DNA of 64,000 nt, from the NCBI GenBank assembly GCA_964602245.1, contig CAZRPY010000001.1:152246-216245 (forward strand), written 5' to 3'. Made by a program: the position numbers and the translations under genes. The DNA comes from an uncultured Methanosarcinales archaeon. Lineage in GTDB: Archaea; Nanobdellota; Nanobdellia; Woesearchaeales; JACPIF01. The notes below the pieces were generated by a model, which was given only the letters and a program-made list of their open reading frames with translations, was not told the origin of the DNA and searched no databases. How positions within the stretch are numbered: position 1 is the stretch's first letter; each line of letters opens with the position of its first letter. Of the stretch, positions 17,362 to 27,068 are shown in pieces.

Positions 17362-20052
17362 TTAAGTTGACCTTAACTTAGATGTGAGATCTTGCCATAC
17401 TTCATTGCCTATTTGATATCTGCTAGAGACTGTTACTATGGATTCTGATTGATTACAGAAGAGGATGTTTACTCCTGCTGAAGCTCTTTCCTTGTTTATC
17501 TCCTGGACTAGTGAGCAGACATCAATAGATGGGTTGCTGTATTGTATGCTTAAATAAGGATCATTTCTAATTATCTCTATTACACCTTTAACTGACTTGT
17601 CTCCAGAGCTAGATATATACAATCTGCTAAACTTCTTTGTTGATTGCAAGAAAGATAAGTCAACTTGGACTCCTTCATAAGAGGGCTTTGTCTCTTGGAT
17701 TTTGCCAAAAATCTTGGAAAAAGGACTCTTCAAGAGTAGGATAAATTTATCAAAGAAATTTATTTGTGGATTTAGGTTTATTGATGTTTTGCTAAATACT
17801 ATTGCTTTTATTTTATTATTATACCAAGCCAGTGGGCTTGTGCAAGAATGAAATTGTCCGTCATTTGCTAGTGCATTATTGCAGTAACTTATAGGTAATT
17901 CAAATGCTTCAAGAATTGAAGGATCTTTATTAATAATAGTGTTTATTGTTGTTCCAACTATTATATTGCTCTTAGTTTTTAAAACACAAAAGTTATTAGA
18001 GCAAGGTAATTGAGTAGCGTTTATGGCACAACTAGTTATTAAATCTGTTTTTACATTAAAGCCACTTGGCAAGGAATATTCAAAATTGTTTAGTACATTA
18101 GAAAAGATATCGCAATAAAGTGTATAATTACCTAGACTAGTACTTTCAGCACTGTCAAGCATTGCTAATGCTAGTAACTTAGTTCTAGCACTCCAATTTC
18201 CTTCTTCACAATAATTATCTCCTATATACTGAGTGTCATTAATGCATTGGATATTGTTATTTAAAGCTGCTGAGAAATCTTGGGTAAAGTTCTCAATTAA
18301 GCCATTTTTACTGTTAGAGCTAGTTGGATTAACTAAGCATTGAGTTTTTTTGGGGCAATAGCCTTGAGCACTTTCATCCGAATTGGTTTTTAATGGTGAT
18401 TCTGACCATTCTCCTTTAATGCATCTATTTCCATTAATAGCACTGCTTATGGCTGAAGTAGACTGATCATTTAAGCATTTAGAGCCATCCCAGCATTGAG
18501 TTGCTGTACAGCACTCTTCTTGAGGAACACTAGAATCTGTCCAACCAAGTTTTTTTAGGGAATCTCTAACTTCTGCAGATCTGTTCCATATACCTCTGGA
18601 TGAGCAAAATGAATGTTGGCCCTGCTGAAAGCCATTTAGTATTACTGCGCAAAACTGGTTGTTATGTACTAACTCTTTGGCTGTAATAGAATCTTTTAAT
18701 GCTTTTAAACTTGGCTTTGAATCTGTATTACAGCCTTCAAATGAGCCATTTGCATTAATAACCTCTTTCTGAATAGGATTGGTGTTGCTTGTAACATAAT
18801 TCTTGTTGAATACAGGAATACCATTCCAACAGGCTATGCTTTTATTAGGTTCGTTATAATACTCTTCAGAATCGTCGCCACAGCATCTTGTGCCTGTCCA
18901 TGTATATTGGCCATTAGATGTACAAGCCTGAGCACTTGAATCTCCATCTCTCCACTGACCATTATCACATAGGAAGTTATTGGTTGTATTTGACCACTCG
19001 CCTGCGGAATAGCACTTATTGAGAAAATTACAGTCAGAACTGCTTGAGCAGCAAGATTCTGTATCATCAATCAGGTCTCCTTTGCTTACAGTGATATATT
19101 CTTCAAAATCATCGCCACAGCATTTATCTGGGTTTTGTGAGCCGCCTATTGACCACTCTGTGCCATTACAAGAATTGCACCAATCTTCTCCTGTGTCTAA
19201 GTCAACTGGAGTAAAAGAGCAACTTCCTGAGGAGCAGCCATAATCTCTAGCACTGCAAACACCGCCATTTCCACATTTGCCATCACACTTTGGCTGAGAG
19301 GCTATATTTGGTCTATTAGGAGCTAATGAATCATAGATATTACAGTCTACTGTTTTAGTTTCTGACTTTAAGCCATTACATCTTGAAGTTGTTAGAGTGT
19401 TGCCTGAACAAGAGCTTGTTAAGCTTCTGTCTTCTCCGCATTTACCAGTATCTGAGCCTGAGATAATACAGCCTTCATTGTCTATAATTGTAATTTGGCC
19501 AAAATCGTTATATTGAGTAGGACCTATGCAATTATCTACACCACAGTTTCCTTGATCCTTTCCTTTGTGGCAGCCTCTAGTAGCTACACAATAATTGTCT
19601 GAGAGCTTGTCACAGCATCTCTTTTCAGTGTCCCAGAATGAGTTTGCTATGCAGGAGCATGCTGAGCTTGAATCATCTGGGTTTTTCTGGCCACTAGTTG
19701 AGGTTGTCTGAGGGACTGTACACTTACACTGTGCAGGATTGCTTTCTATGCAGACCTGTTGTGAGTAATAAACTTTAAATTCGTCTATGGTTAATGTGCC
19801 AAAGGATGCGAACTCATCTCTTTGGTCATAACAGCCAGGGCTGTATGTTAAGCATGGAGGTGGTGTCTGGCAAGTTCCTGAAATACATACTAAGCCAGAG
19901 TTACAACTAGAGCCGCCACAGCACATCTGACCATTGCCACCGCATGGAGGGGGAGATGGAGGAGGAGGCTCGCCTTTGCTCATGACTATTGAAGATAAAA
20001 CAAGAATAAATGTGAAAATACAGATTACTTGTAAAACTCTTTTTTTATTCAT
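17362..20052 (-). CDS. Large secreted Cys-rich surface protein
   Basis: Signal peptide, Pro-rich linker, many CC/CCGDD repeats. Confidence 0.75.
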   Translation of the reverse strand: MNKKRVLQVICIFTFILVLSSIVMSKGEPPPPSPPPCGGNGQMCCGGSSCNSGLVCISGTCQTPPPCLTYSPGCYDQRDEFASFGTLTIDEFKVYYSQQVCIESNPAQCKCTVPQTTSTSGQKNPDDSSSACSCIANSFWDTEKRCCDKLSDNYCVATRGCHKGKDQGNCGVDNCIGPTQYNDFGQITIIDNEGCIISGSDTGKCGEDRSLTSSCSGNTLTTSRCNGLKSETKTVDCNIYDSLAPNRPNIASQPKCDGKCGNGGVCSARDYGCSSGSCSFTPVDLDTGEDWCNSCNGTEWSIGGSQNPDKCCGDDFEEYITVSKGDLIDDTESCCSSSSDCNFLNKCYSAGEWSNTTNNFLCDNGQWRDGDSSAQACTSNGQYTWTGTRCCGDDSEEYYNEPNKSIACWNGIPVFNKNYVTSNTNPIQKEVINANGSFEGCNTDSKPSLKALKDSITAKELVHNNQFCAVILNGFQQGQHSFCSSRGIWNRSAEVRDSLKKLGWTDSSVPQEECCTATQCWDGSKCLNDQSTSAISSAINGNRCIKGEWSESPLKTNSDESAQGYCPKKTQCLVNPTSSNSKNGLIENFTQDFSAALNNNIQCINDTQYIGDNYCEEGNWSARTKLLALAMLDSAESTSLGNYTLYCDIFSNVLNNFEYSLPSGFNVKTDLITSCAINATQLPCSNNFCVLKTKSNIIVGTTINTIINKDPSILEAFELPISYCNNALANDGQFHSCTSPLAWYNNKIKAIVFSKTSINLNPQINFFDKFILLLKSPFSKIFGKIQETKPSYEGVQVDLSFLQSTKKFSRLYISSSGDKSVKGVIEIIRNDPYLSIQYSNPSIDVCSLVQEINKERASAGVNILFCNQSESIVTVSSRYQIGNEVWQDLTSKLRST

Positions 20053-20055
20053 TTT

Positions 20056-20580
20056 TTATTTCACATCTAATATAAAGTTAATAGCAGCATAATTATGGTT
20101 AGGATCTCCGTAAGGGAAATCTGTATTTCTGGCATAAATAGTAAATTCTGCAGTGCCTATAAAATCGTTATTATGATACTCAATAGGAACAAGTTTTATT
20201 TCTTTTGACTCTAAAATAAAAGGTTTATTGTCATATTCAAATACTCCTGATTTTATAATACCAGCTTCATTATCCTGGTATACTTCTTTTATATCTATTT
20301 GCAAATTTAGATTTCTATTTAATTGATTGGATATGCCTATTAAGAATGTAAATTTCTCTTTATCTCTTGCACTTGGTTCTTCATCATCTATCCATATCTT
20401 TTCATTAGAATGTTTTAGCTGTGAAAGGATATATGCTTTTTCAGTTTTGTAATCATCTAGGATACAGTCACAATTTGGATAAAGGCCTGTTGTGCTATAT
20501 GTTAATATTAGAATCAGAACTATAATGAATAATATAGCTATAGATTTATAGAGATTGCTTATCACCGCTTTTTTACTCAT
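20056..20580 (-). CDS. Pilin-like/secreted protein, first gene of cluster
   Basis: SKKA|VIS plus hydrophobic helix; TTTAAATA-type TATA just upstream. Confidence 0.65.
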   Translation of the reverse strand: MSKKAVISNLYKSIAILFIIVLILILTYSTTGLYPNCDCILDDYKTEKAYILSQLKHSNEKIWIDDEEPSARDKEKFTFLIGISNQLNRNLNLQIDIKEVYQDNEAGIIKSGVFEYDNKPFILESKEIKLVPIEYHNNDFIGTAEFTIYARNTDFPYGDPNHNYAAINFILDVK

Positions 20581-20699
20581 GGTTTAAAAGATATAATAGA
20601 GCTTATTTAAATATTTCTTATTATAACTGCTTATAACGGCTAAAAGCCTTCTGAATGGGTTTAGTAAGTTTTATAAAAAGCAGTATAATTACTAGATTT

Positions 20700-21023
20700 A
20701 TGCTAGGGGTTAATATTATTGGCAAAATTAATGGTAAGAAGTTGGATTTATCAAATTTGGAAAAGAAAATAAGCAAGGCTACTAAACTGACTGGGCTTAA
20801 GATTGTCAAGAAGGTTTTTTATAAATTTGGCTCTAAGAAAGAAGCTACTTATTGCTTCGTTTTATCTCAGTCTCACTTAATAATACATACGTGGCCTGAG
20901 AAGAATATAATAGTTTTTGATTTATTCACATGTGGGAATAAAAATAAAGGGTTGAAAGCTATTAAAAATATAGCTAAATACACAAAAGGAACTATAAAAG
21001 ATATAAAAATAATAGAATTATGA
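20700..21023 (+). CDS. speD: S-adenosylmethionine decarboxylase proenzyme
   Basis: LSQSH (canonical L.ESH), HTWPE and DLFTCG motifs; adjacent to speE. Start is likely the ATG at 20700, after a TATA at about 20669. Confidence 0.8.
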   Translation: MLGVNIIGKINGKKLDLSNLEKKISKATKLTGLKIVKKVFYKFGSKKEATYCFVLSQSHLIIHTWPEKNIIVFDLFTCGNKNKGLKAIKNIAKYTKGTIKDIKIIEL

Positions 21024-22621
21024 AATCTAAACCAATTTTAAAGGGTTTTGAAGCAGATTATTGGATAATCTTTCTTGTTATGTTTTTAACTGGATTTTCA
21101 AGTTTGCTTTATGAGATTGTATTATTACTTGTATTCTCTACAATAATTGGAGCTACTGAGATTTCTCTGGCTATAATCTTGTCTTCATTCTTATTGGGTC
21201 TTGCAATTGGTGGCTTGCTTGGGGGGTTTATATCAAAAAAGAATTTTAATCATATTCTCATTTTAATTTTTATAGAAATCATTATAGCTATATTTGCTTT
21301 TAGTGCTATGTTTCTCATGAAAAATATTGCCTTAATACAGTCAAGATCATTTTTACAATTTTTATTTATAATAATTCTTGTTCTAATTCCTACCTTCTCA
21401 ATGGGAATGGAAATTCCAATAGCCGTGAGGATTTTATCTGCTAGAAGGAAAAAACATCCAACTGGTTTTGTTTATTTCAGTGATACTTTGGGAGGTGTTT
21501 TAGGCTCACTATTTTCTGGACTGTTGGTTATTCCTGTGCTTGGTTTTCATGGAGCAATGATTTTTGGAGGGATATTAAATATTATTGCTGCTTTAATGGG
21601 TATGCTGCTAAATATAAAATTGAGGTTAAGAAAGTTATTGTCTATTTTAATTATGATAATTCTGATTATATCAACTATATTTGTTATCAATAGCAGGGAA
21701 AGATTTTATAATCTTGAATTGGATTTTTTTGATACTATTTATAATAAAAAGGATTTCTATTATGCTAAGACTATTTATTCAGTTATAAGCCCTTTTCAGT
21801 CTATTATAATAGCTAACTCACCTTATTATGGGAATCAATTGTATATTAATGGAGAGCTACAAGTCTCTGATTATGATTCTTTAATTTATCATGAATACTT
21901 AGTTTTGCCTTCAATAGCTGCTCATCCTCATCCTAAGAAAGTTTTAGTTATAGGAGGTGGTGATGGAGGGGCTTTATATCAGATACTTAAATATAATTTC
22001 ACTAAGATTGAGCATGTTGAGTTGGATGAGAAGGTAATAGAGGTTTCAAGGAGTTATTTGAAAAATGTGCATAACGGCTCACTAGATAATCCTAGAGTAA
22101 ATACTATAACTGAAGATGGTAGGTATTATTTGGCTAATAATCAGGAAAAATATGATATAATTGTTATAGATTTGCCAGACCCATTAAAATTAGAATTGTC
22201 TGCTTTATACTCACAAGAATTCTATCAGTTGGTCTATAACTCTTTAGAGGAGGATGGCATTATGGTGACTCAGGCAAATTCTCCATATCATTATCTCATA
22301 GCTCATGCTTCTATTTATAAAACTATTAAAAGTGTTTTTCCAAATGTTAAAAGCTATACTATTCCTATTTCTTCGATGAGTAGCATGGGTTATATAATAG
22401 CCTCCAAAAATATAATATTAGAAAATGTTAGCAATAGACAAAAGATAGATGGTAAATGGTATAATAGTAATGACCATGAGAAAATATTTTATGAGCCTGA
22501 ATTTTTAAGAGAATTCTTAGAAAATAATAGCATATTAATTTCTACAGACACTAACCCAATAATACATATCTATAGTCAACCTAATTATTACGTTAAGGGT
22601 ATATTAGATATAGAAAAATGA
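21020..22621 (+). CDS. speE: Membrane-domain-fused spermidine synthase (polyamine aminopropyltransferase)
   Basis: About 7 TM N-terminal domain; YHEYL, VLVIGGGDGG, VELD, EDGR, YDIIVIDLPDP, LYSQEFY. Confidence 0.9.
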   Translation: MKSKPILKGFEADYWIIFLVMFLTGFSSLLYEIVLLLVFSTIIGATEISLAIILSSFLLGLAIGGLLGGFISKKNFNHILILIFIEIIIAIFAFSAMFLMKNIALIQSRSFLQFLFIIILVLIPTFSMGMEIPIAVRILSARRKKHPTGFVYFSDTLGGVLGSLFSGLLVIPVLGFHGAMIFGGILNIIAALMGMLLNIKLRLRKLLSILIMIILIISTIFVINSRERFYNLELDFFDTIYNKKDFYYAKTIYSVISPFQSIIIANSPYYGNQLYINGELQVSDYDSLIYHEYLVLPSIAAHPHPKKVLVIGGGDGGALYQILKYNFTKIEHVELDEKVIEVSRSYLKNVHNGSLDNPRVNTITEDGRYYLANNQEKYDIIVIDLPDPLKLELSALYSQEFYQLVYNSLEEDGIMVTQANSPYHYLIAHASIYKTIKSVFPNVKSYTIPISSMSSMGYIIASKNIILENVSNRQKIDGKWYNSNDHEKIFYEPEFLREFLENNSILISTDTNPIIHIYSQPNYYVKGILDIEK

Positions 22622-23586
22622 GTGTAAATGAAAAAAAATGGCTTATAATAATTCTTGTATTAGTTCTACCTTTAACATATGCTCATAATATAGATTATTT
22701 GCCTTTGAAGGATAATATTATAACTAAAGCAATAGAAGAAAATGTAACTATTCAAAATTATATAGAAAAATGCAATACCTATAATAGGACTCCTTTATTT
22801 AATGTCTGTATGGCTCCTTATTATAAGAATTTGGCAAAAACGATGAAGGCTGAGGAGGTGTTATTTAGAGCTGAGAATGATTTAAATATGTTTCCTAATA
22901 TAACAGATTGTCATTTTATTGCGCATGAGGTGGGATCAGTAAATTTTGAGAAAAATGGATATAATATAGCTAAATCTATTAGTGATTGTGGAACCGTTTG
23001 GCTTTGTGGTGGCGGTTGTCATCATCAAGTTTTTATTGACATTTTAGAGAATAAAAGTGAGGAAGATTTGATAAGTATAAGCAGTAAAGTCTGTTCAAGT
23101 GACGATTCTAATCTGCCTGAAGATTTTGAATATCTGTGCTATCATTCATTAGGGCATGGATTGCTTTTAGTTTCTGAATATAATTTAAATAAATCTGTAA
23201 AATATTGCTATAATAAAGATGAAGATTATTATTATGAATGTCTTGATGGAATTTTTCACCAATATTATTTTCCTAAGCTGGATTATGAATTTGATACTAT
23301 TGCCAGGAATATAGAAGTATTATGTCCTAGATATTTATCTGGATTGGCAAGAAAGACTTGTTTTGAGAGAGCTGGAAAGTTTGCTTTAAGCTATTTTGGG
23401 TACCATGATAGTAAAGCTTTTTCAAACGGGTTTGAATTATGCAATGGGTTAAGATTTGCAGATAAGGTTAAATGCTTGAATGGATTATTTGTTTTTCCTG
23501 AGAATTGTGACATAGGGGAGATGAATTGTAAGTATATGTTTTATAAAGCAAAAGTAATGAATTATGCAATTGAATTATTTAGTTAA
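22618..23586 (+). CDS. Secreted protein with repeated Cys/His motifs
   Basis: Signal peptide; CHFIAHEVG, GCHHQVF, CYHSLGHGL, CLDGIFH. Confidence 0.7.
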   Translation: MSVNEKKWLIIILVLVLPLTYAHNIDYLPLKDNIITKAIEENVTIQNYIEKCNTYNRTPLFNVCMAPYYKNLAKTMKAEEVLFRAENDLNMFPNITDCHFIAHEVGSVNFEKNGYNIAKSISDCGTVWLCGGGCHHQVFIDILENKSEEDLISISSKVCSSDDSNLPEDFEYLCYHSLGHGLLLVSEYNLNKSVKYCYNKDEDYYYECLDGIFHQYYFPKLDYEFDTIARNIEVLCPRYLSGLARKTCFERAGKFALSYFGYHDSKAFSNGFELCNGLRFADKVKCLNGLFVFPENCDIGEMNCKYMFYKAKVMNYAIELFS

Positions 23587-24566
23587 ATATTCCAATGAGT
23601 TATGACATATTCCTGCATAAGTTTCGGAATACGTTCATTTACTGTAACAATATTACATCCATAAAACCAGTCTTCACCACCTCCCCAACGTGATATTAGA
23701 GGTTGTTTGTCCAAATCGTGATAAGATTCTTCAAACTTTTTAAAAAGAATATTTCTAGATTTCTCTGTTAAAATTTTTGGCCCTAGGTCATCATAAAACA
23801 AAAGTAGGAAATAGCCAGTAACTTTAGGTTCAAAATATTTAAAATAATTATCAATATTATCATTCTGTATAATGAAATTAATTAATTGTTGATTAGTGTC
23901 AAAAACATTTTTTGCAAGAGAAGAGTTCAGATTTAGCATTGTAATAAAATTAGAAATAATTATAGCATCGATGTCCTCATGCCAGTCTACACTACTCCAT
24001 ACACGAACAATATTTTTCCTATTACAGTTAATTTTTGTACATACCTCATTAAAAGGATATGATAAAGGTTCATTAGAAAGAAAATTAGTTAATACATCTT
24101 CTGAAATTTTATCTTCATAGTAACGATGACCCCATCCTGTATCATCAGCATCATAATATAATTTAATATTTTCTTTTCCTAAAAAGTAGTTTTTACCATC
24201 TGTAAGGATTTTTTCTGGCCACCAACCAATTAACTTATCTTTACCAAAAGATATTATTATGTTATTTAAATCCGGATTCATAGTTCCAGTTAAGGAGTTT
24301 TCTAACATGGCTTCCAAAAGTAGCCAGCCATTAGTCTCAACTAGTTTGCCATGAGATTTATTATTTTTGTCTAGAAAGAGAATATAATTGTGTTTTAATA
24401 TAGATTCATTCTCATTTAAATTATAATTAACTTGTATATTGCAATTTTCTTCTTTGGATAAATATTTAGTTAAAAATAGTATAAAAAATAAAATAAAGAA
24501 GATTATGGGTAAAGAAAGTTGTTTGAAGTGTAATTTAAATAAATTATTCTTATGGTATTTCTTCAT
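23583..24566 (-). CDS. Membrane-anchored hypothetical protein
   Basis: 327-aa ORF with an N-terminal TM. Confidence 0.6.
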   Translation of the reverse strand: MKKYHKNNLFKLHFKQLSLPIIFFILFFILFLTKYLSKEENCNIQVNYNLNENESILKHNYILFLDKNNKSHGKLVETNGWLLLEAMLENSLTGTMNPDLNNIIISFGKDKLIGWWPEKILTDGKNYFLGKENIKLYYDADDTGWGHRYYEDKISEDVLTNFLSNEPLSYPFNEVCTKINCNRKNIVRVWSSVDWHEDIDAIIISNFITMLNLNSSLAKNVFDTNQQLINFIIQNDNIDNYFKYFEPKVTGYFLLLFYDDLGPKILTEKSRNILFKKFEESYHDLDKQPLISRWGGGEDWFYGCNIVTVNERIPKLMQEYVITHWNI

Positions 24567-24572
24567 TTTTTC

Positions 24573-26042
24573 CTAAAAATAATACAACATAATAAAAGTA
24601 TATATGCCTAACAAAGATGAAATAAAATATACTATTCTTTCATCACCTTTTTTATAATAAAGATAACTAGTAATTATAGATAAAATTAATGCTATAGTTA
24701 AGAATGTGATCTCTCTAATGAAGAATGTTGGTAGATTTAATACTAAGAACAATAAAGCGGTAACTATATTTTTCCCTTTTTCTTTTCCAAATAAAGTATA
24801 AAAGTTAATCACTTTATTTCTTGAATCTCCTTTAATATCTTTAAAATCTTTTGTAAAAGAGGTTACTAGTCCAAAAAAGAAAAGTATAGTACAAAATTGT
24901 ATATTTTTTATATTTAATATGTATGCTAAATCATTAACAACTAAGAATCCTACAGCAAAACATAGAATTAAGCTAATTCCTATTATTATTTGACCCAAAA
25001 AACTCTTCCTTAGCCTAAAAGGTGGAACTGAATATAAAAATCCTAATATTAAGCCTAGTACTATTAAAAATAAAACTTTCAAATTTATTATAGCTGAGAA
25101 AGATATAGCTAAACCTGTAAATATTAATGCTAAATTTTTATGCTCTTCTTTATTTAATATTTTTTTAACTAGTGGCCTTTCTTTATTACTGATTTTATCT
25201 ATATTATAATCATAAATATCATTCAAGACTACAGAGAATTGTCTGACAAAGAATATAGCTATTATTGCATAAGCTACATAATAAAAATTTAGGCTATATC
25301 CTAAAGATTTAGCTGCTAAAGAACCTATAAAAGTGGCAAGTATAAAAATTATTGCTAATAAAGGTCTAAAGCCAAATAAAATTGATTTAAGCTTTTCTTT
25401 AGAATGAAAATAATATAACATACTAGATAATACAATTAAAGGAAAGAAATAATATATCGGAAGAAAATAGTCATAATAAAAATCCCCTTTGCTTTCTCCA
25501 AAAAATATGTCTGGAGTTGAAATTAGAGCTATAATGAATGTTGTTAAGAAGATTGAGATTAAAGCTAATAATAAAGACTTCCTACTATAATAAGTATATA
25601 ATCCAATAGCTATTACTGCTATTAATAACTCAATTATAATGCCATTACTTGCGTCTCCCTTTAATAAGGAAATTGTTAAAAAATTGTAAATGAAATTACC
25701 TTTAGTAGCATAGTCATACCCTTTGGTTTGATTATAAATAAAATAGTCTATTAAAGGGGGAAGAAGAATTACTGGATAAAGTCTAATGCCAAAATTTGTA
25801 ATTTCTAAAAAACTCTTTTTAGCTATTTTAAATAAAATTATAGATATAAGTAAAAATGCGATAATAAAATAATATAAATTTTCCAAATAAAATCTTATAT
25901 AATCTTGAGTGCCATCTAGTTCAATAGGATATTCTAATAATGCCCATTCTATGAGAACTCTTAGAGTAGCTAGGATAAAAATAAAAATAATAATTTCTTT
26001 AATACTAAATTTTCTTCTTATAAATTGCTTAATTGATTCCAT
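24573..26042 (-). CDS. UbiA-family prenyltransferase with extra N-terminal membrane domain
   Basis: NDIYDYNIDKISNKERPL, YSVPPFRLR and KDFKDIKGD motifs. Confidence 0.85.
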   Translation of the reverse strand: MESIKQFIRRKFSIKEIIIFIFILATLRVLIEWALLEYPIELDGTQDYIRFYLENLYYFIIAFLLISIILFKIAKKSFLEITNFGIRLYPVILLPPLIDYFIYNQTKGYDYATKGNFIYNFLTISLLKGDASNGIIIELLIAVIAIGLYTYYSRKSLLLALISIFLTTFIIALISTPDIFFGESKGDFYYDYFLPIYYFFPLIVLSSMLYYFHSKEKLKSILFGFRPLLAIIFILATFIGSLAAKSLGYSLNFYYVAYAIIAIFFVRQFSVVLNDIYDYNIDKISNKERPLVKKILNKEEHKNLALIFTGLAISFSAIINLKVLFLIVLGLILGFLYSVPPFRLRKSFLGQIIIGISLILCFAVGFLVVNDLAYILNIKNIQFCTILFFFGLVTSFTKDFKDIKGDSRNKVINFYTLFGKEKGKNIVTALLFLVLNLPTFFIREITFLTIALILSIITSYLYYKKGDERIVYFISSLLGIYTFIMLYYF

Positions 26043-26399
26043 GTTTTAAAATACTAATATATTAAATTGGATAAAGGAGTTATGTCTTTTTTACTTTTTC
26101 CTTACTAAAGGTCTTAAAATCGGAATATCTCTATTTATGTTATTAAGATTTTGTATATTAGATAATTTTTTGTGTATATTTCATTATACCTAACAATACG
26201 GCAATATTATATTTTAGATGAGTAGGAATATAACTCGTTGATAAAGATTATTATAAGTTTATTAACGCTATATAATTGCTTTATAAGCCTTAATACATAG
26301 GAAGAGAAGGGGGTATATAAATCTGGATATATGTATTTAAAAACAAAAGTATTTATAAAGGATTTATAAATACCATTTAAATTATGCTGGGGTGGGTAG

Positions 26400-26960
26400 A
26401 TGGCTAAAAAGCAGCAAAGGACTCAGAAAGAGATTAAAGTGGTAAATATTGTGGTTTCTACTTCTTTAAAGCATGATATTCCATTAGAAAAGATGGCTGC
26501 AACATTAAGCAATACAGAATACAATCCTGAGCAATTCCCAGGGCTTGTAATAAGGATAAAGGAGCCAAAGACTTCTGCTTTAATCTTTAGCTCTGGCAAG
26601 ATAGTATGCACAGGAGCTAGGTCAATGGATAAGGTTCATGAGTCTATAAACAAGATAATTAAAAGCCTTGAGAAAATAAAGGTAAAAATAACTATAAAGC
26701 CTGAGGTTAAAATCCAGAATATTGTTGCTTCTGGCAGTGTTGGAATGGATTTAAACCTTAACACTTTGGCTATGAAACTAGATAACACTGAATATGAGCC
26801 TGAGCAGTTTCCAGGACTAGTTTATAAGCTTGATGAGGCTAAGGCAACATTCCTTCTATTCAGCAATGGTAAGGTTGTTTGCACTGGAACTAAGAGCGAG
26901 AAAGAGGTTAGCCAGGCTTTAGATAAGTTAATTATTAATCTAAAGAAAGTTGGAGCTTAG
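26400..26960 (+). CDS. tbp: TATA-box binding protein
   Basis: Two repeats of NIV.S...YxPEQFPGLV...LIFSSGKIVCTG. Confidence 0.98.
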   Translation: MAKKQQRTQKEIKVVNIVVSTSLKHDIPLEKMAATLSNTEYNPEQFPGLVIRIKEPKTSALIFSSGKIVCTGARSMDKVHESINKIIKSLEKIKVKITIKPEVKIQNIVASGSVGMDLNLNTLAMKLDNTEYEPEQFPGLVYKLDEAKATFLLFSNGKVVCTGTKSEKEVSQALDKLIINLKKVGA

Positions 26961-26973
26961 GGCTTAGATATAG

Positions 26974-27010
26974 CACTGGTCACTGGACATGTTCACGTGA
27001 GGCTTTTATA
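26974..27010 (+). promoter_or_regulatory. Promoter with upstream CACTGGTCACTGGACA-N4-CACGTRAGG motif (mcm)
   Basis: Same motif and same spacing to a TATA-like element as at 51553. Confidence 0.7.
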
Positions 27011-27068
27011 CTAGAGAGTATTAGTTATTTAGGATTATTATGATTACAGATAAAGTTTGGTGGTTAAA

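Noticed and set aside
703..20580. Provirus or conjugative element
   Set aside because: No integrase, capsid, terminase, relaxase or VirB4-like ATPase, and no att-like repeats were seen.
20621..20809. 62-aa minus-strand ORF
   Set aside because: Antisense to speD and spans the divergent promoter region.
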